DNA of 57,705 bases from Hyphomicrobiaceae bacterium (lineage in GTDB: Bacteria; Pseudomonadota; Alphaproteobacteria; Rhizobiales; Hyphomicrobiaceae): assembly GCA_035436725.1 (NCBI GenBank), contig DAOMWV010000001.1, forward strand, positions 1 through 57,705. The letters are read 5' to 3'. Shown in pieces: positions 1 to 9,635 of the stretch. The notes under the pieces are model-generated. The model had not been told where the DNA came from, searched no databases, and was given only the letters and a program-made list of their open reading frames with translations. Every line of letters begins with the position of its first letter. Position 1 is the first letter of the stretch. Made by a program: the position numbers and the translations under genes.

Positions 1-425
1 TCCCGCTCAAGCCGCGGCGCCGCTGGGACGATGGCCGCAACGTCGTGCTCGCCGGTGATGCGGCCGGCGTCGTAGCACCTGCGTCCGGCGAAGGCATCTA
101 TTATGCGATGCTCACCGGACGCCTCGCGGCGGATGCCGTCGCCGAAGCACTCGCACGCGACAATCCAAAGGCGATGGCGATGGCGCGGCGACGATTCATG
201 CGTCAGCATGGTCACGTCTTCTGGGTCCTCGGCATGATGCAGCATTTCTGGTACCGCTCTGACGCGCGGCGTGAACGCTTCGTTGCAATGTGCCGCGACA
301 AGGACGTGCAACGGCTCACGTTCGAGGGCTATATGCGCAAAAAGCTGGTGTTCGGGCGGCCCTTCGCGCATCTCAAGATCGCAATCAAGGACGTCGCGCA
401 CCTTCTCGGCCTCGTCCGGGCGTAA
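1..425 (+). CDS. bchP: Geranylgeranyl reductase BchP, C-terminal fragment (5' end lies outside the window; reading frame starts at nt 3)
   Basis: The frame is open to the window edge. Translation PLKPRRRWDDGRNVVLAGDAAGVVAPASGEGIYYAM carries the GDAAG FAD-enzyme motif, and the C-terminal tail is typical of BchP/ChlP. PGC context. Confidence 0.8.
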   Translation, partial: PLKPRRRWDDGRNVVLAGDAAGVVAPASGEGIYYAMLTGRLAADAVAEALARDNPKAMAMARRRFMRQHGHVFWVLGMMQHFWYRSDARRERFVAMCRDKDVQRLTFEGYMRKKLVFGRPFAHLKIAIKDVAHLLGLVRA

Positions 426-530
426 GGCCCATGGCGCCACGATCACCACGTCCCGACCACGCCATCGGCTTACCAACGCCGGGCAGCGCCATCGACTTGT
501 AGTCATACTCAGCGAGCAGCGAGTCCTCCC

Positions 531-809
531 ATGCAGCAGATTATCGAAAGCGGCCAAATAGCCGATCACATTTTGCTCGTCATGGCAGCGGAAGCCGGCG
601 GCATCCTGCTCTATGCACGTCGGCGGCAGCTCCCCTCGCGCCGCATCGCCGAAACACTTGCGGGGCTTGCAGCAGGTGCGTCGCTCGTGATGGCACTTCG
701 TTTCGCACTGACGGACAGCGGATGGATCTTCATTGCCGCTGCCCTCGTCGCATCACTCGTGGCACACCTGACGGAAACCATGTTCCGGCTTGGTCGCACG
801 CCCGGCTGA
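531..809 (+). CDS. Hypothetical small membrane protein (92 aa, about 3 predicted TM helices)
   Basis: ORF with three hydrophobic stretches (ILLVMAAEAGGILLY, LAGLAAGASLVMAL, IFIAAALVASLVAHL). I recognise no family. It lies between bchP and the 3' end of crtC. Confidence 0.35.
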   Translation: MQQIIESGQIADHILLVMAAEAGGILLYARRRQLPSRRIAETLAGLAAGASLVMALRFALTDSGWIFIAAALVASLVAHLTETMFRLGRTPG

Positions 810-821
810 TCGCGTCTTTCC

Positions 822-2036
822 TTAACGCGCCCACCGCGGCATCCGGAACGGCAGCATCGCCTTGACGACCGGATGCGAAAATCGGCTCAACGAGACGGTT
901 TCATGGACAGCACGAATGCGCTCGCCGCCAATTTGCGTCCCGACGAGCGTGCGCGCATAGAAAGGGCCGTCCTCCCATGTTTCCAGGACGCCTGTCGCTT
1001 GCGAGGCCTCCGATCTGATTTTGCGCGGCACACGCCACAGCGACGGCTTAAGCTCGACCTGGCCGGGCGGCATCACCGGGGATCCGTCAGAAGGTGGAGC
1101 GCTGCCGTATACCGGTGCGATCGACGTCGACGAACCGTCTCGGGCGACTATGTCGTAAAAAATGCGCGTACGATCGCGCTCGATCGTCCGTGACCAGTCC
1201 CAGGACATGAACGCGGCTTCGAGAGGTTCGGAACCGAGATTGGAATCGATATAAGCCTGCCCAGACCAAGACCGCTTCGGCGCGTCCATCTGGACCACGA
1301 CCCGCGCGACGGGCGCAATCGGCTGCCAGATGTGGCGTCGCGCCGCATCGAGCGCGAACGGCTCCGACGGAGCCGACGCCGGTGTCACGACGACGCGTCC
1401 GCGCAGTGCGCGCGGGATCGGCACACAGGTTTCATCGATGTCGATTTCGAGCTGAGCGCCGGACCAGCGGACACTGCTCGGTCCGATCGTCAGGCGGTCG
1501 GCACTGCGATTGAGGTCCCGCCGCCCGCGTTCGGTCATCGACCATCGGTAGCCGCCCCGGCCATACATGGCAACGTTGAGCGCGACGTGATTTTCCGCGT
1601 CAGCTTCCCTCCTCGACCGTGCCCACGCATAATATGGTGAGAAGACGCTCCCCACGAATGCGATGATCGTCAGACCGTAATCGCCACAGTCACTCGCCGC
1701 ATCCACATACCACCAGACGTAACCGCCTGACTTTACCGCTATGTCAAAGGCTGGTCCGCAAGAAGGGCGAGGGCTGCTGTTCTTCCCGACAGCGCCGCCA
1801 TCGGCAGCCCCGCACCCGGATGCACGCTGCCCCCCGCCAGATAAAGCCCCGGCACTACACTCCGCACGCCCGGCCTCCGGAACGACGCCGTCCAGCCGTG
1901 CGACGCCATGCCGTAGATCGCGCCCTCCGTTGCTGGACACAGCCGGGCGAATTCGCTCGGTCCCGAATGCGTCATGTCCCTGATCGTCGGTTTTAGGCCG
2001 CACCTTTCGAGGGTCGTCAGCATGGATCGAAGACAT
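822..2036 (-). CDS. crtC: Acyclic carotenoid 1,2-hydratase (hydroxyneurosporene synthase) CrtC; start codon uncertain
   Basis: Has the CrtC hallmark GGYVWWYVDA...FVGSVFSPYYAW and lies immediately downstream of crtD. No in-frame ATG/GTG/TTG exists between the crtD stop (1739) and the conserved WWYVDA motif. Candidate starts are ATG 2036, GTG 2003 and GTG 1940, all inside crtD. Confidence 0.85.
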   Translation of the reverse strand: MSSIHADDPRKVRPKTDDQGHDAFGTERIRPAVSSNGGRDLRHGVARLDGVVPEAGRAECSAGALSGGGQRASGCGAADGGAVGKNSSPRPSCGPAFDIAVKSGGYVWWYVDAASDCGDYGLTIIAFVGSVFSPYYAWARSRREADAENHVALNVAMYGRGGYRWSMTERGRRDLNRSADRLTIGPSSVRWSGAQLEIDIDETCVPIPRALRGRVVVTPASAPSEPFALDAARRHIWQPIAPVARVVVQMDAPKRSWSGQAYIDSNLGSEPLEAAFMSWDWSRTIERDRTRIFYDIVARDGSSTSIAPVYGSAPPSDGSPVMPPGQVELKPSLWRVPRKIRSEASQATGVLETWEDGPFYARTLVGTQIGGERIRAVHETVSLSRFSHPVVKAMLPFRMPRWAR

Positions 2037-3235
2037 GTGTTCTGCTCCTTCCGGGACGCGAGCGATCGGCCGCCGTCAGCCGGCGCATTGACGATCGAGA
2101 AGATGCGCTCGTCTCCGCCATGGCCCAGGTTCAAACGCCCGGCGTCGGTGCGATCGGAGGCACACAGATACACCGTCGGATCTACTGGCGGCCGCCCGCG
2201 ATCGAAGAGATCCGCAAATTCCTGCTTGCTGGAGCGAGAGAAGAAGACCGTATGGTGCGCGAGTGGAAAGTCACCGACATCGGCCGATATCGCCCAGGTC
2301 GCAGCCGAAAGTGATCGCGGCAACATGGCGTCGTACGGCACGGCCTTGCGGACGTCATCGCCAAACTCGCCAGCGACGAGGGCTCCGACATCGGCATTCG
2401 AGACGACCCCCGACGCCGCGATGGATTCTCCGGAACTCAGACGCACCGAAGTGACACGACCGGACGCATCGACGTCGATCCCGACGACCGCACATCCTGT
2501 CCTGACTTCGGCGCCGGATGCTTCGGCCGCCTTCGTCAGCGCCGCGGCGAAGGCGGTCATCCCGCCGTCGACGAGCCAGACGCCCTCCTGTTCAACATGT
2601 GCGATAAGCGCAAGCGTCGCCGGCGCATGAAAGGGTGACGAGCCGCAGTATGTCGCATAGCGCCCGAACAACTGACGCAAACGTATGTCTGGAAAATAGT
2701 CGCCAAGCGCATCCCACAGCGTAGTGAATGGCGCCGACGACCAGAGACCCTTCAGGCCTTTGAGCCCGCCAGCAGAGACCATCCCGGTCGGCGTTGGCCG
2801 CTCCGCGCGAATGAAAAGCGGGTTCATCGTCTCATAGACTGAGCGAGCATGAGTGCAGAACGCGCGAAACCCCCGTGCCGCCGCTGCTCCGGCAAAATCA
2901 CCGATGGCGTCGGCCGATTGGTCGCGGTCGGCGAACAGATCCAGGTTTTCCGTTTCACTCCAGAAATGCCGCGCCAGCACTGTCGCGCGTCGCATTGACA
3001 CGTACTCGCCGAGTTCGAGACCCGATGCGTGGAAAATCTCCTCGAAGACCGATCGCAAGGTCAGGACCGTGGGACCTACGTCGATCTGACGGCCCGATAC
3101 CTTGAGCGTACGGAGCTTACCACCAGCAGCCGCCTCCTTTTCGACGACCAGCACGTCGCGGCCGCGGGCAGCGAGGATCATGGCAGCGACCAAGCCACCG
3201 ACTCCGGCTCCGATGACAACAATCCTGCCCGCCAT
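1739..3235 (-). CDS. crtD: Methoxyneurosporene/hydroxyneurosporene dehydrogenase CrtD (phytoene desaturase family)
   Basis: N-terminal FAD fold IVVIGAGVGGLVAAMILAARGRDVLVVEKEAAAGGK, C-terminal LYLAGGSVHPGAGLPMAALSG, 498 aa, and crtC-crtD synteny. Confidence 0.9.
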   Translation of the reverse strand: MAGRIVVIGAGVGGLVAAMILAARGRDVLVVEKEAAAGGKLRTLKVSGRQIDVGPTVLTLRSVFEEIFHASGLELGEYVSMRRATVLARHFWSETENLDLFADRDQSADAIGDFAGAAAARGFRAFCTHARSVYETMNPLFIRAERPTPTGMVSAGGLKGLKGLWSSAPFTTLWDALGDYFPDIRLRQLFGRYATYCGSSPFHAPATLALIAHVEQEGVWLVDGGMTAFAAALTKAAEASGAEVRTGCAVVGIDVDASGRVTSVRLSSGESIAASGVVSNADVGALVAGEFGDDVRKAVPYDAMLPRSLSAATWAISADVGDFPLAHHTVFFSRSSKQEFADLFDRGRPPVDPTVYLCASDRTDAGRLNLGHGGDERIFSIVNAPADGGRSLASRKEQNTCLRSMLTTLERCGLKPTIRDMTHSGPSEFARLCPATEGAIYGMASHGWTASFRRPGVRSVVPGLYLAGGSVHPGAGLPMAALSGRTAALALLADQPLT

Positions 3236-3264
3236 CTTCCGCCTTCATCTGAAGCCAATATTAT

Positions 3265-3308
3265 TGCCTAACTTTTTTTACAGTAAGAACTGTCCGTTTT
3301 CTACTACC
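3265..3308. promoter_or_regulatory. Two degenerate PpsR/CrtJ-type boxes in the crtD/crtF divergent promoter region
   Basis: TGC-N12-ACA (3265-3282) and TGT-N12-ACC (3291-3308). Each has one mismatch to TGT-N12-ACA. They are 8 bp apart in an AT-rich intergenic region. Confidence 0.35.
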
Positions 3309-3370
3309 TTCTGTATCGTTCGGATCCGTCGATTGCGCGCCCTGCGCGCCACGAACCCGGAACAGCGCCC

Positions 3371-4540
3371 ATGCCGACCGAAGCCACGTCAATTGCAAAA
3401 CCGCAGCGCGACGCAGTCGCACACGTTCGCGACAGCGCACGAGACAAGGCGCTTTCGGTGCGGGACAGGTTACTCATGAGCCCCCGGTTCCAGCGATGGG
3501 CGGCCCGCTTTCCCCTCACCCGTCCGATCGCGCGACGGCAGGCGAGACAGGCCTTCGATCTTTGTGCAGGATTCGTCTATTCGCAGACACTATTTGCCGC
3601 GATCCGCCTCGGACTGCTCGATGCTGTAACGCCGACATCGCTGGCACTGTCAGAGCTGATCGCTCGCTCCGGACTTCCCCCCGACCGCGCCGCCCTGCTG
3701 ATTGATGCAGCGATAGGCCTCGATCTACTTTCCCGCCGCAGCGGAGACCGCATCGGTCTCGGCATGATCGGGGCAGCGATCGCGGCAAATCCGTCGATCG
3801 CCGCCATGGTCGAACATCACGACCGGCTCTACGCCGATCTCTCCGATCCCGTTGCACTCCTCGGCAGCGCCCGCGGCGACACGAAACTATCGCGCTTTTG
3901 GCCATATTCCGGGGCTAAACTGCCAAAGGAAGTCGACCCCGAAGCGGTCGCCGGTTACTCGGCACTGATGACGTCATCGCAGCAGATGCTGTCCGCGGAC
4001 ATCCTCGACGCGTATCCCTTCGACCGGCACCGGCGGGTTCTCGACCTCGGCGGCGGCGAAGGGGCCTTTGCGACCGAAGTGGTCCGTCGCCACGCAACGA
4101 TCAACGCCTGCATCTTCGACCTGCCGGCCGTCGCGCAACGCGCCCGAGACCGCATAGCCGATGCCGGGCTCTCCAATCGCATCGAGACATGCGGCGGTGA
4201 CTTCTTCGACGACGCGCTACCAGGCGGGTTCGACGCGGTAACTCTGGTCCGCATCGTGCACGATCACGACGACGACCGCGTCCTCCAGCTTTTCCGGAAC
4301 ATCCGTCGTTCACTAACCGAAGGCGGCACACTCGTCATCGCGGAGCCCATGTCGGACACACTGGATGCGACCCGCGTGACCGATATTTATTTCGCCTTCT
4401 ACCTCCTCGCGATGGGCAGCGGCAGACCACGGAGCCCCGCCAGCCTGCGCCGACTTCTCGAACAGGCAGGATTCACGCGCTTTCGGACTTATCCAACGGC
4501 ACGACCGATGCTGGTCAGCATCCTGACCGCGAAAGTATAA
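3371..4540 (+). CDS. crtF: Hydroxyneurosporene O-methyltransferase CrtF
   Basis: 389 aa class I SAM methyltransferase (VLDLGGGEGAF motif) with an N-terminal dimerisation-type domain. Divergent from crtD and upstream of bchC, as in other PGCs. Confidence 0.9.
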   Translation: MPTEATSIAKPQRDAVAHVRDSARDKALSVRDRLLMSPRFQRWAARFPLTRPIARRQARQAFDLCAGFVYSQTLFAAIRLGLLDAVTPTSLALSELIARSGLPPDRAALLIDAAIGLDLLSRRSGDRIGLGMIGAAIAANPSIAAMVEHHDRLYADLSDPVALLGSARGDTKLSRFWPYSGAKLPKEVDPEAVAGYSALMTSSQQMLSADILDAYPFDRHRRVLDLGGGEGAFATEVVRRHATINACIFDLPAVAQRARDRIADAGLSNRIETCGGDFFDDALPGGFDAVTLVRIVHDHDDDRVLQLFRNIRRSLTEGGTLVIAEPMSDTLDATRVTDIYFAFYLLAMGSGRPRSPASLRRLLEQAGFTRFRTYPTARPMLVSILTAKV

Positions 4541-4576
4541 TATAAATGACATTTCGATTGTAAGTTTATGTTGACA
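4534..4576. promoter_or_regulatory. Tandem PpsR/CrtJ boxes upstream of bchC
   Basis: Perfect TGT-N12-ACA (tgtaagtttatgttgaca, 4559-4576), preceded after a 7 bp spacer by AGT-N12-ACA (4534-4551). Located in the AT-rich crtF-bchC intergenic region, 66 to 72 nt upstream of the bchC start. Confidence 0.55.
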
Positions 4577-4641
4577 GTCAACGCGACAGGTCTAAGCTGG
4601 TCTGGCTTGGCCGCTGCCTTTGCGCAGGGCCGCCACGAGAA

Positions 4642-5586
4642 GTGATCATGTTGACGACCGCAGTCATCCTGAGTGAGCCCCATGCCGTTGGTCTCGGCCA
4701 GGTGACACTGCGCGCCTGCGAGGCCCGGGATCTCGTCGTCGACGTCGAATGGAGCGGCATCAGTACTGGGACCGAGCGCCTGCTCTGGTCGGGCCGGATG
4801 CCGCCCTTTCCCGGCATGGGCTATCCCCTCGTGCCTGGATACGAGACCATCGGCCGCGTCGTCTCCGCAGGGTCTGAGAGCTCCATTTCGGCCGGAACCC
4901 GCGTTTTCGTGCCGGGTGCGCGCGCTTTCAACGGGATCAATGCCTTGTTCGGCGGTGCTGCACGACGGCTCGTGGTCGAGGATGCACGCGTCGTGCCGGT
5001 GCCGGACGCGCTCGACGAACGCGCGACCCTTCTCGCACTAGCGGCAACCGCCCATCACATCGCCCCGCCAGGTTCCGCAACACCTCCAGAACTGATCGTC
5101 GGCCATGGTGTCCTCGGCCGGCTTGTAGCGCGCCTTTGCATGATTGCGGGCTGCGCTCCGGTCGTCTGGGAGCGCGATTCCCGTCGCCGGGCGGGCGCCA
5201 CCGGATATTCCGTCGTCGATCCGGAGGAAGATTCGCGCCGCGATTACGAGCGAATCGTCGATGTCAGCGGGGCTGCCGGCATTCTCGACCCCCTCGTCGC
5301 CCGGCTGCGTCCGGGAGGAGAGATCGTCCTTGGCGGCTTTTACGACGAGCCGGTACAGTTCGCCTTTCCCCCGGCATTCATGCGCGAGGCGCGGTTCCGC
5401 GTCGCGGCGCAATGGTCCCCCGCCGACCTCACGGCTGTCACCGCCCTCGTCACCGATGGCCACCTGTCACTTGATGGTCTCGTTACGCACCGGATGCCGG
5501 CCGCACAGGCGGAAAGCGCCTACCGCCAGGCATTCGAGGATCGCGATTGCCTGAAAATGGTCCTGGATTGGAGAACACTCTCATGA
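4642..5586 (+). CDS. bchC: Bacteriochlorophyllide a dehydrogenase BchC (3-hydroxyethyl bacteriochlorophyllide dehydrogenase)
   Basis: VEWSGISTGTERLLWSGRMPPFPGMGYPLVPGYETIGRVV is the typical BchC zinc-ADH-like N-terminus. The start is GTG 4642 or ATG 4648. Confidence 0.9.
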   Translation: MIMLTTAVILSEPHAVGLGQVTLRACEARDLVVDVEWSGISTGTERLLWSGRMPPFPGMGYPLVPGYETIGRVVSAGSESSISAGTRVFVPGARAFNGINALFGGAARRLVVEDARVVPVPDALDERATLLALAATAHHIAPPGSATPPELIVGHGVLGRLVARLCMIAGCAPVVWERDSRRRAGATGYSVVDPEEDSRRDYERIVDVSGAAGILDPLVARLRPGGEIVLGGFYDEPVQFAFPPAFMREARFRVAAQWSPADLTAVTALVTDGHLSLDGLVTHRMPAAQAESAYRQAFEDRDCLKMVLDWRTLS

Positions 5587-6602
5587 CGGCTTCATGCAAC
5601 ATTGCTGTCGCCATGCTCGACGAGCAGGTGCGCGCCGACCGTTTGCGCAAGGAAGCAGCGTTCGAGCCGACGCCGATCGTTTCTGTCGCTCCCAAAAAGG
5701 AGACACAGGTCATCGCCATCTACGGCAAGGGTGGCATCGGCAAGAGTTTCACGCTCGCAAACCTGTCCTACATGATGGCGCAGCAGGGCAAGAAAGTGCT
5801 GCTCATTGGCTGTGATCCGAAAAGTGACACGACTTCGCTGCTGTTCGGCGGGCGTGCGTGCCCGACCATTCTCGAAACGTCCGCCAGAAAGAAGACTGCG
5901 GGCGACCAGGTGTCGATCGGCGACGTATGTTTCAAGCGTGACGGCGTGTTCGCGATGGAGCTGGGCGGACCGGAAGTCGGGCGCGGCTGCGGCGGGCGCG
6001 GCATCATCCACGGCTTCGAACTGCTCGAAAAGCTCGGATTCCACGATTGGGGCTTCGACTACGTGCTCCTCGACTTCCTCGGCGACGTGGTGTGCGGCGG
6101 GTTCGGGCTGCCGATCGCACGTGACATGTGCCAGAAGGTCATCATCGTCGGCTCGAACGACCTGCAATCGCTCTACGTCGCAAACAACGTCTGCTCGGCA
6201 GTCGAGTATTTCCGCAAACTCGGCGGCAACGTCGGCGTCGCAGGCATCGTGATCAACAAGGACGACGGAACCGGCGAAGCACAGGCATTCGCCCAGTCAG
6301 CCGGGATCCCGGTCCTCGCCGCAATACCGGCGCACGACGACATCCGACGCAAGAGCGCCAACTACGAAATCATTGGTCGTCCCGGCGGCCAGTGGTCGCA
6401 GGTATTCGAAGATCTTGCGACGAACGTCGCCGAAGCACAGCCGCTGCAGCCTAGGCCTTTGTCACAGGACGGTCTGCTGTCGCTGTTCAAGGGTGACCAG
6501 GTCGGCCGTGACGTTCGTCTGGAGCCGGCGACGGAAGCTGACATGAACGGCAAGTCCAGATCAGCGAAGAAATCCCTGGAGGTCGTCTACGACACGGTTT
6601 GA
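5583..6602 (+). CDS. bchX: Chlorophyllide a reductase iron protein subunit BchX
   Basis: NifH-like [39 protein letters not shown] with a conserved Cys pair. ATG 5583 overlaps the bchC stop (ATGA). The track ORF begins at 5547. Confidence 0.9.
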   Translation: MTASCNIAVAMLDEQVRADRLRKEAAFEPTPIVSVAPKKETQVIAIYGKGGIGKSFTLANLSYMMAQQGKKVLLIGCDPKSDTTSLLFGGRACPTILETSARKKTAGDQVSIGDVCFKRDGVFAMELGGPEVGRGCGGRGIIHGFELLEKLGFHDWGFDYVLLDFLGDVVCGGFGLPIARDMCQKVIIVGSNDLQSLYVANNVCSAVEYFRKLGGNVGVAGIVINKDDGTGEAQAFAQSAGIPVLAAIPAHDDIRRKSANYEIIGRPGGQWSQVFEDLATNVAEAQPLQPRPLSQDGLLSLFKGDQVGRDVRLEPATEADMNGKSRSAKKSLEVVYDTV

Positions 6603-8191
6603 CGCAGGAACCGAGGCCCCGCTCCAGGGGCCGTCGAGTGGGGACAGGGATGGCCAACGACTTACCACTACCGACTTCGCTGCAAAGCACGACGCCCGCA
6701 CCGGCGGCGAGTGGGAGCGGTGTGTCGTGCCACGGCGGCAAGGACGAAATGAACCGTGCGGCACGTGCCGCGGGCAAATCCGACGTTCTCGATCGCTACG
6801 CCGCCGACTACCCGAAAGGCCCGCATGACAAACCGCAGAGCATGTGCCCCGCGTTCGGGTCCCTGAGAGTCGGGCTACGGATGCGACGGACCGCGACCAT
6901 CCTGTCGGGGTCGGCATGCTGCGTTTACGGCCTGACGTTCACATCGCACTTCTATGGCGCGCGACGCTCGGTCGGCTACGTGCCGTTCGACAGCGAAACG
7001 CTCGTTACGGGGAAGCTGTTCGAAGACATCCGTGACGCGGTCTTCAAGCTCGCCGACCCCGAACTTTACGATTCAATCGTGGTCACAAATCTCTGCGTCC
7101 CGACCGCATCGGGCGTTCCGCTCCAGTTGCTGCCGAAGCAGATTAACGGCGTGCGCATCATCTGCATCGATGTCCCGGGATTCGGTGTGCCGACACATGC
7201 GGAAGCAAAAGACATCCTCGCTGGTGCGATGCTCGCCTACGCCCGCAAGGAGATCGCGCAAGGGCCCGTGCAGGCCCCGAGGACTGGGCGCACCGACAAG
7301 CCGGCTGTCGCACTTATCGGCGAGATGTTTCCTGCCGATCCGGTCGTCATCGGCCGCCTTCTCGAGCCCCTCGGGCTCGCTGCCGGGCCGACCGTGCCGA
7401 CGCGGGAATGGCGCGAACTATATGCCGCGCTCGACTGTGGCGTGGCTGCAGCCATCCATCCCTTCTACACGGCCACGATCCGCGAACTCGAGATCGCCGG
7501 CCGTCGGATCGTCGGTTCCGCACCGGTGGGACACGACGGAACGGCAGACTGGTTGCGTGCCATCGGCGAAGCGTACGGCATCGACGCGGGAAGAATTGCC
7601 GCCGCGCAGAATGCGATCCTCCCCGCGATCCGCGGCGCGCTCGCCGCAACACCGATCAAGGGACGCATTACGGTTTCCGGCTACGAAGGCTCCGAGCTTC
7701 TCGTCGCGCGTCTGCTCGTCGAAAGCGGCGCCGACGTCCGGTACGTCGGTACGGCCTGCCCGCGCACCATCTGGTCTGACCCCGACCGGGACTGGCTCGC
7801 GGTGAGAGGTGTCCCAGTCACGTATCGGGCAAGTCTCGAACAGGACATCGCAGCGGTTAAAGAACACGCACCCGATCTCGCGATCGGCACGACGCCGGTC
7901 GTCCAGTTCGCCAAGGAAAGGGCGATCCCGGCGCTCTATTTCACCAATCTCATCTCGGCCCGCCCCCTCATGGGGCCGGCCGGTGCGGGCTCGCTCGCGC
8001 ACGTCGTCAATGGCGCGCTCGCCAACAAATCGCGCTTCGACACGATGCGCGCCTTTTTCGAGAACGTCGGAGAGGGCGATGCCGCTGGCATCTGGGGCGA
8101 CGTGCCTAAGCCGCAAGACGCTTTCCGCGACAGCTATCGCCGCAAGATGGCCAAGCATACGGCCGCATTGAAAACCGGGGAGATGCTCTGA
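6599..8191 (+). CDS. bchY: Chlorophyllide a reductase subunit BchY
   Basis: [45 protein letters not shown] is characteristic of BchY. The TTG start overlaps the bchX stop. An alternative ATG lies at 6650. Confidence 0.88.
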   Translation: MTQEPRPRSRGRRVGTGMANDLPLPTSLQSTTPAPAASGSGVSCHGGKDEMNRAARAAGKSDVLDRYAADYPKGPHDKPQSMCPAFGSLRVGLRMRRTATILSGSACCVYGLTFTSHFYGARRSVGYVPFDSETLVTGKLFEDIRDAVFKLADPELYDSIVVTNLCVPTASGVPLQLLPKQINGVRIICIDVPGFGVPTHAEAKDILAGAMLAYARKEIAQGPVQAPRTGRTDKPAVALIGEMFPADPVVIGRLLEPLGLAAGPTVPTREWRELYAALDCGVAAAIHPFYTATIRELEIAGRRIVGSAPVGHDGTADWLRAIGEAYGIDAGRIAAAQNAILPAIRGALAATPIKGRITVSGYEGSELLVARLLVESGADVRYVGTACPRTIWSDPDRDWLAVRGVPVTYRASLEQDIAAVKEHAPDLAIGTTPVVQFAKERAIPALYFTNLISARPLMGPAGAGSLAHVVNGALANKSRFDTMRAFFENVGEGDAAGIWGDVPKPQDAFRDSYRRKMAKHTAALKTGEML

Positions 8192-9624
8192 TGCTCGTCC
8201 TCGATCATGACAGGGCCGGCGGCTACTGGGGCGCGGTATACGTCTTCACTGCGATCAAAGGCCTGCAGGTGGTGATCGACGGGCCGGTCGGCTGCGAAAA
8301 CCTGCCGGTCACGTCGGTACTGCACTACACGGACGCCCTGCCGCCGCACGAGTTGCCGATCGTCGTCACTGGACTCGGAGAGGAAGAGCTCGGACAGCAC
8401 GGCACCGAAGGGGCAATGCGTCGCGCGCACCGGGCGCTCGATCCGGATCTGCCGAGCGTCGTCGTCACCGGCTCGATCGCGGAAATGATCGGCGGCGGCG
8501 TGACCCCGGAAGGAACCAATATCCACCGCTTCCTGCCGCGCACGATCGACGAAGACCAATGGCAATGCGCCGATCGGGCCATGACGTGGCTGTTTACCGA
8601 GTACGGGCCTAAGAAGGTACCGCCGGTGAAAGCGCGCAAGCCCGGAGAAAAGCCTCGCGTCAACATTATCGGGCCCTGCTACGGCACCTTCAACATGCCG
8701 AGCGATCTGGCCGAGATCCGCCGCCTGGTCGAAGGTATCGGCGCAGAGGTCAACCTGACCTTCCCGCTCGGAAGCCACCTCACCGACATCCCGAAACTCG
8801 TCAACGCGGAGGCGAACGTCTGTCTCTATCGGGAGTTCGGACGCAAGCTCTGCGAGGCTCTCGATCGGCCATACCTGCAGGCACCGATTGGGCTCCATAG
8901 CACGACCAGGTTCTTACGCTCGCTCGGTTCGATCATCGGTCTTGATCCCGAACCCTTCATCGAGCGAGAAAAGCACACCACCATCAAACCGCTATGGGAC
9001 CTCTGGCGCTCGGTCACGCAAGATTTCTATGGCACCGCATCTTTTGGCATCGCGGCGAATGAAACCTATGCACGCGGCATCACGCACTATCTTGCCAAGG
9101 AACTGGGGCTGCCCTGCACCTTTTCCATCGCGCGAAAGCCGGGAATAAAGCCCGACAATGACGCCGCCCGCGCGGCAATCCGGAAAACGCCGCCGCTTGT
9201 CCTTTTCGGCAGTTATAATGAACGGATGTATCTCGCCGAGGCCGGTGCCCGCTCGACATACATCCCTGCATCGTTCCCTGGCGCCATAATTCGCCGCCAT
9301 ACAGGTACGCCGTTCATGGGCTACTCGGGCGCAACTTACATCGTGCAGGAAATCTGTAACGCTATGTTCGATGCGCTGTTCCACATCCTGCCGCTCGGAA
9401 CCGAGCTCGACAAGGTAGAAGCGACGCCATCACGCGTGTCGACCGCCATTCCCTGGGACGATGACGCACAAGCGGCCTTCGACGCACATCTCGAACAACA
9501 GCCGATGCTGGTGCGCATCTCGGCCGCCAAGAAGCTGCGGGAAGAAATCGAGCGGCAGGTTGTGAAACGTGCGGAATCCCGCGTCACGCTTGCGGGGGTG
9601 CGTTCAACAGAATTTGCCATGTGA
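8191..9624 (+). CDS. bchZ: Chlorophyllide a reductase subunit BchZ
   Basis: N-terminus [41 protein letters not shown] (NifK/BchB-like), 477 aa, and a 1-nt overlap with the bchY stop. Confidence 0.9.
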   Translation: MLVLDHDRAGGYWGAVYVFTAIKGLQVVIDGPVGCENLPVTSVLHYTDALPPHELPIVVTGLGEEELGQHGTEGAMRRAHRALDPDLPSVVVTGSIAEMIGGGVTPEGTNIHRFLPRTIDEDQWQCADRAMTWLFTEYGPKKVPPVKARKPGEKPRVNIIGPCYGTFNMPSDLAEIRRLVEGIGAEVNLTFPLGSHLTDIPKLVNAEANVCLYREFGRKLCEALDRPYLQAPIGLHSTTRFLRSLGSIIGLDPEPFIEREKHTTIKPLWDLWRSVTQDFYGTASFGIAANETYARGITHYLAKELGLPCTFSIARKPGIKPDNDAARAAIRKTPPLVLFGSYNERMYLAEAGARSTYIPASFPGAIIRRHTGTPFMGYSGATYIVQEICNAMFDALFHILPLGTELDKVEATPSRVSTAIPWDDDAQAAFDAHLEQQPMLVRISAAKKLREEIERQVVKRAESRVTLAGVRSTEFAM

Positions 9625-9635
9625 GGAGAGCAACT

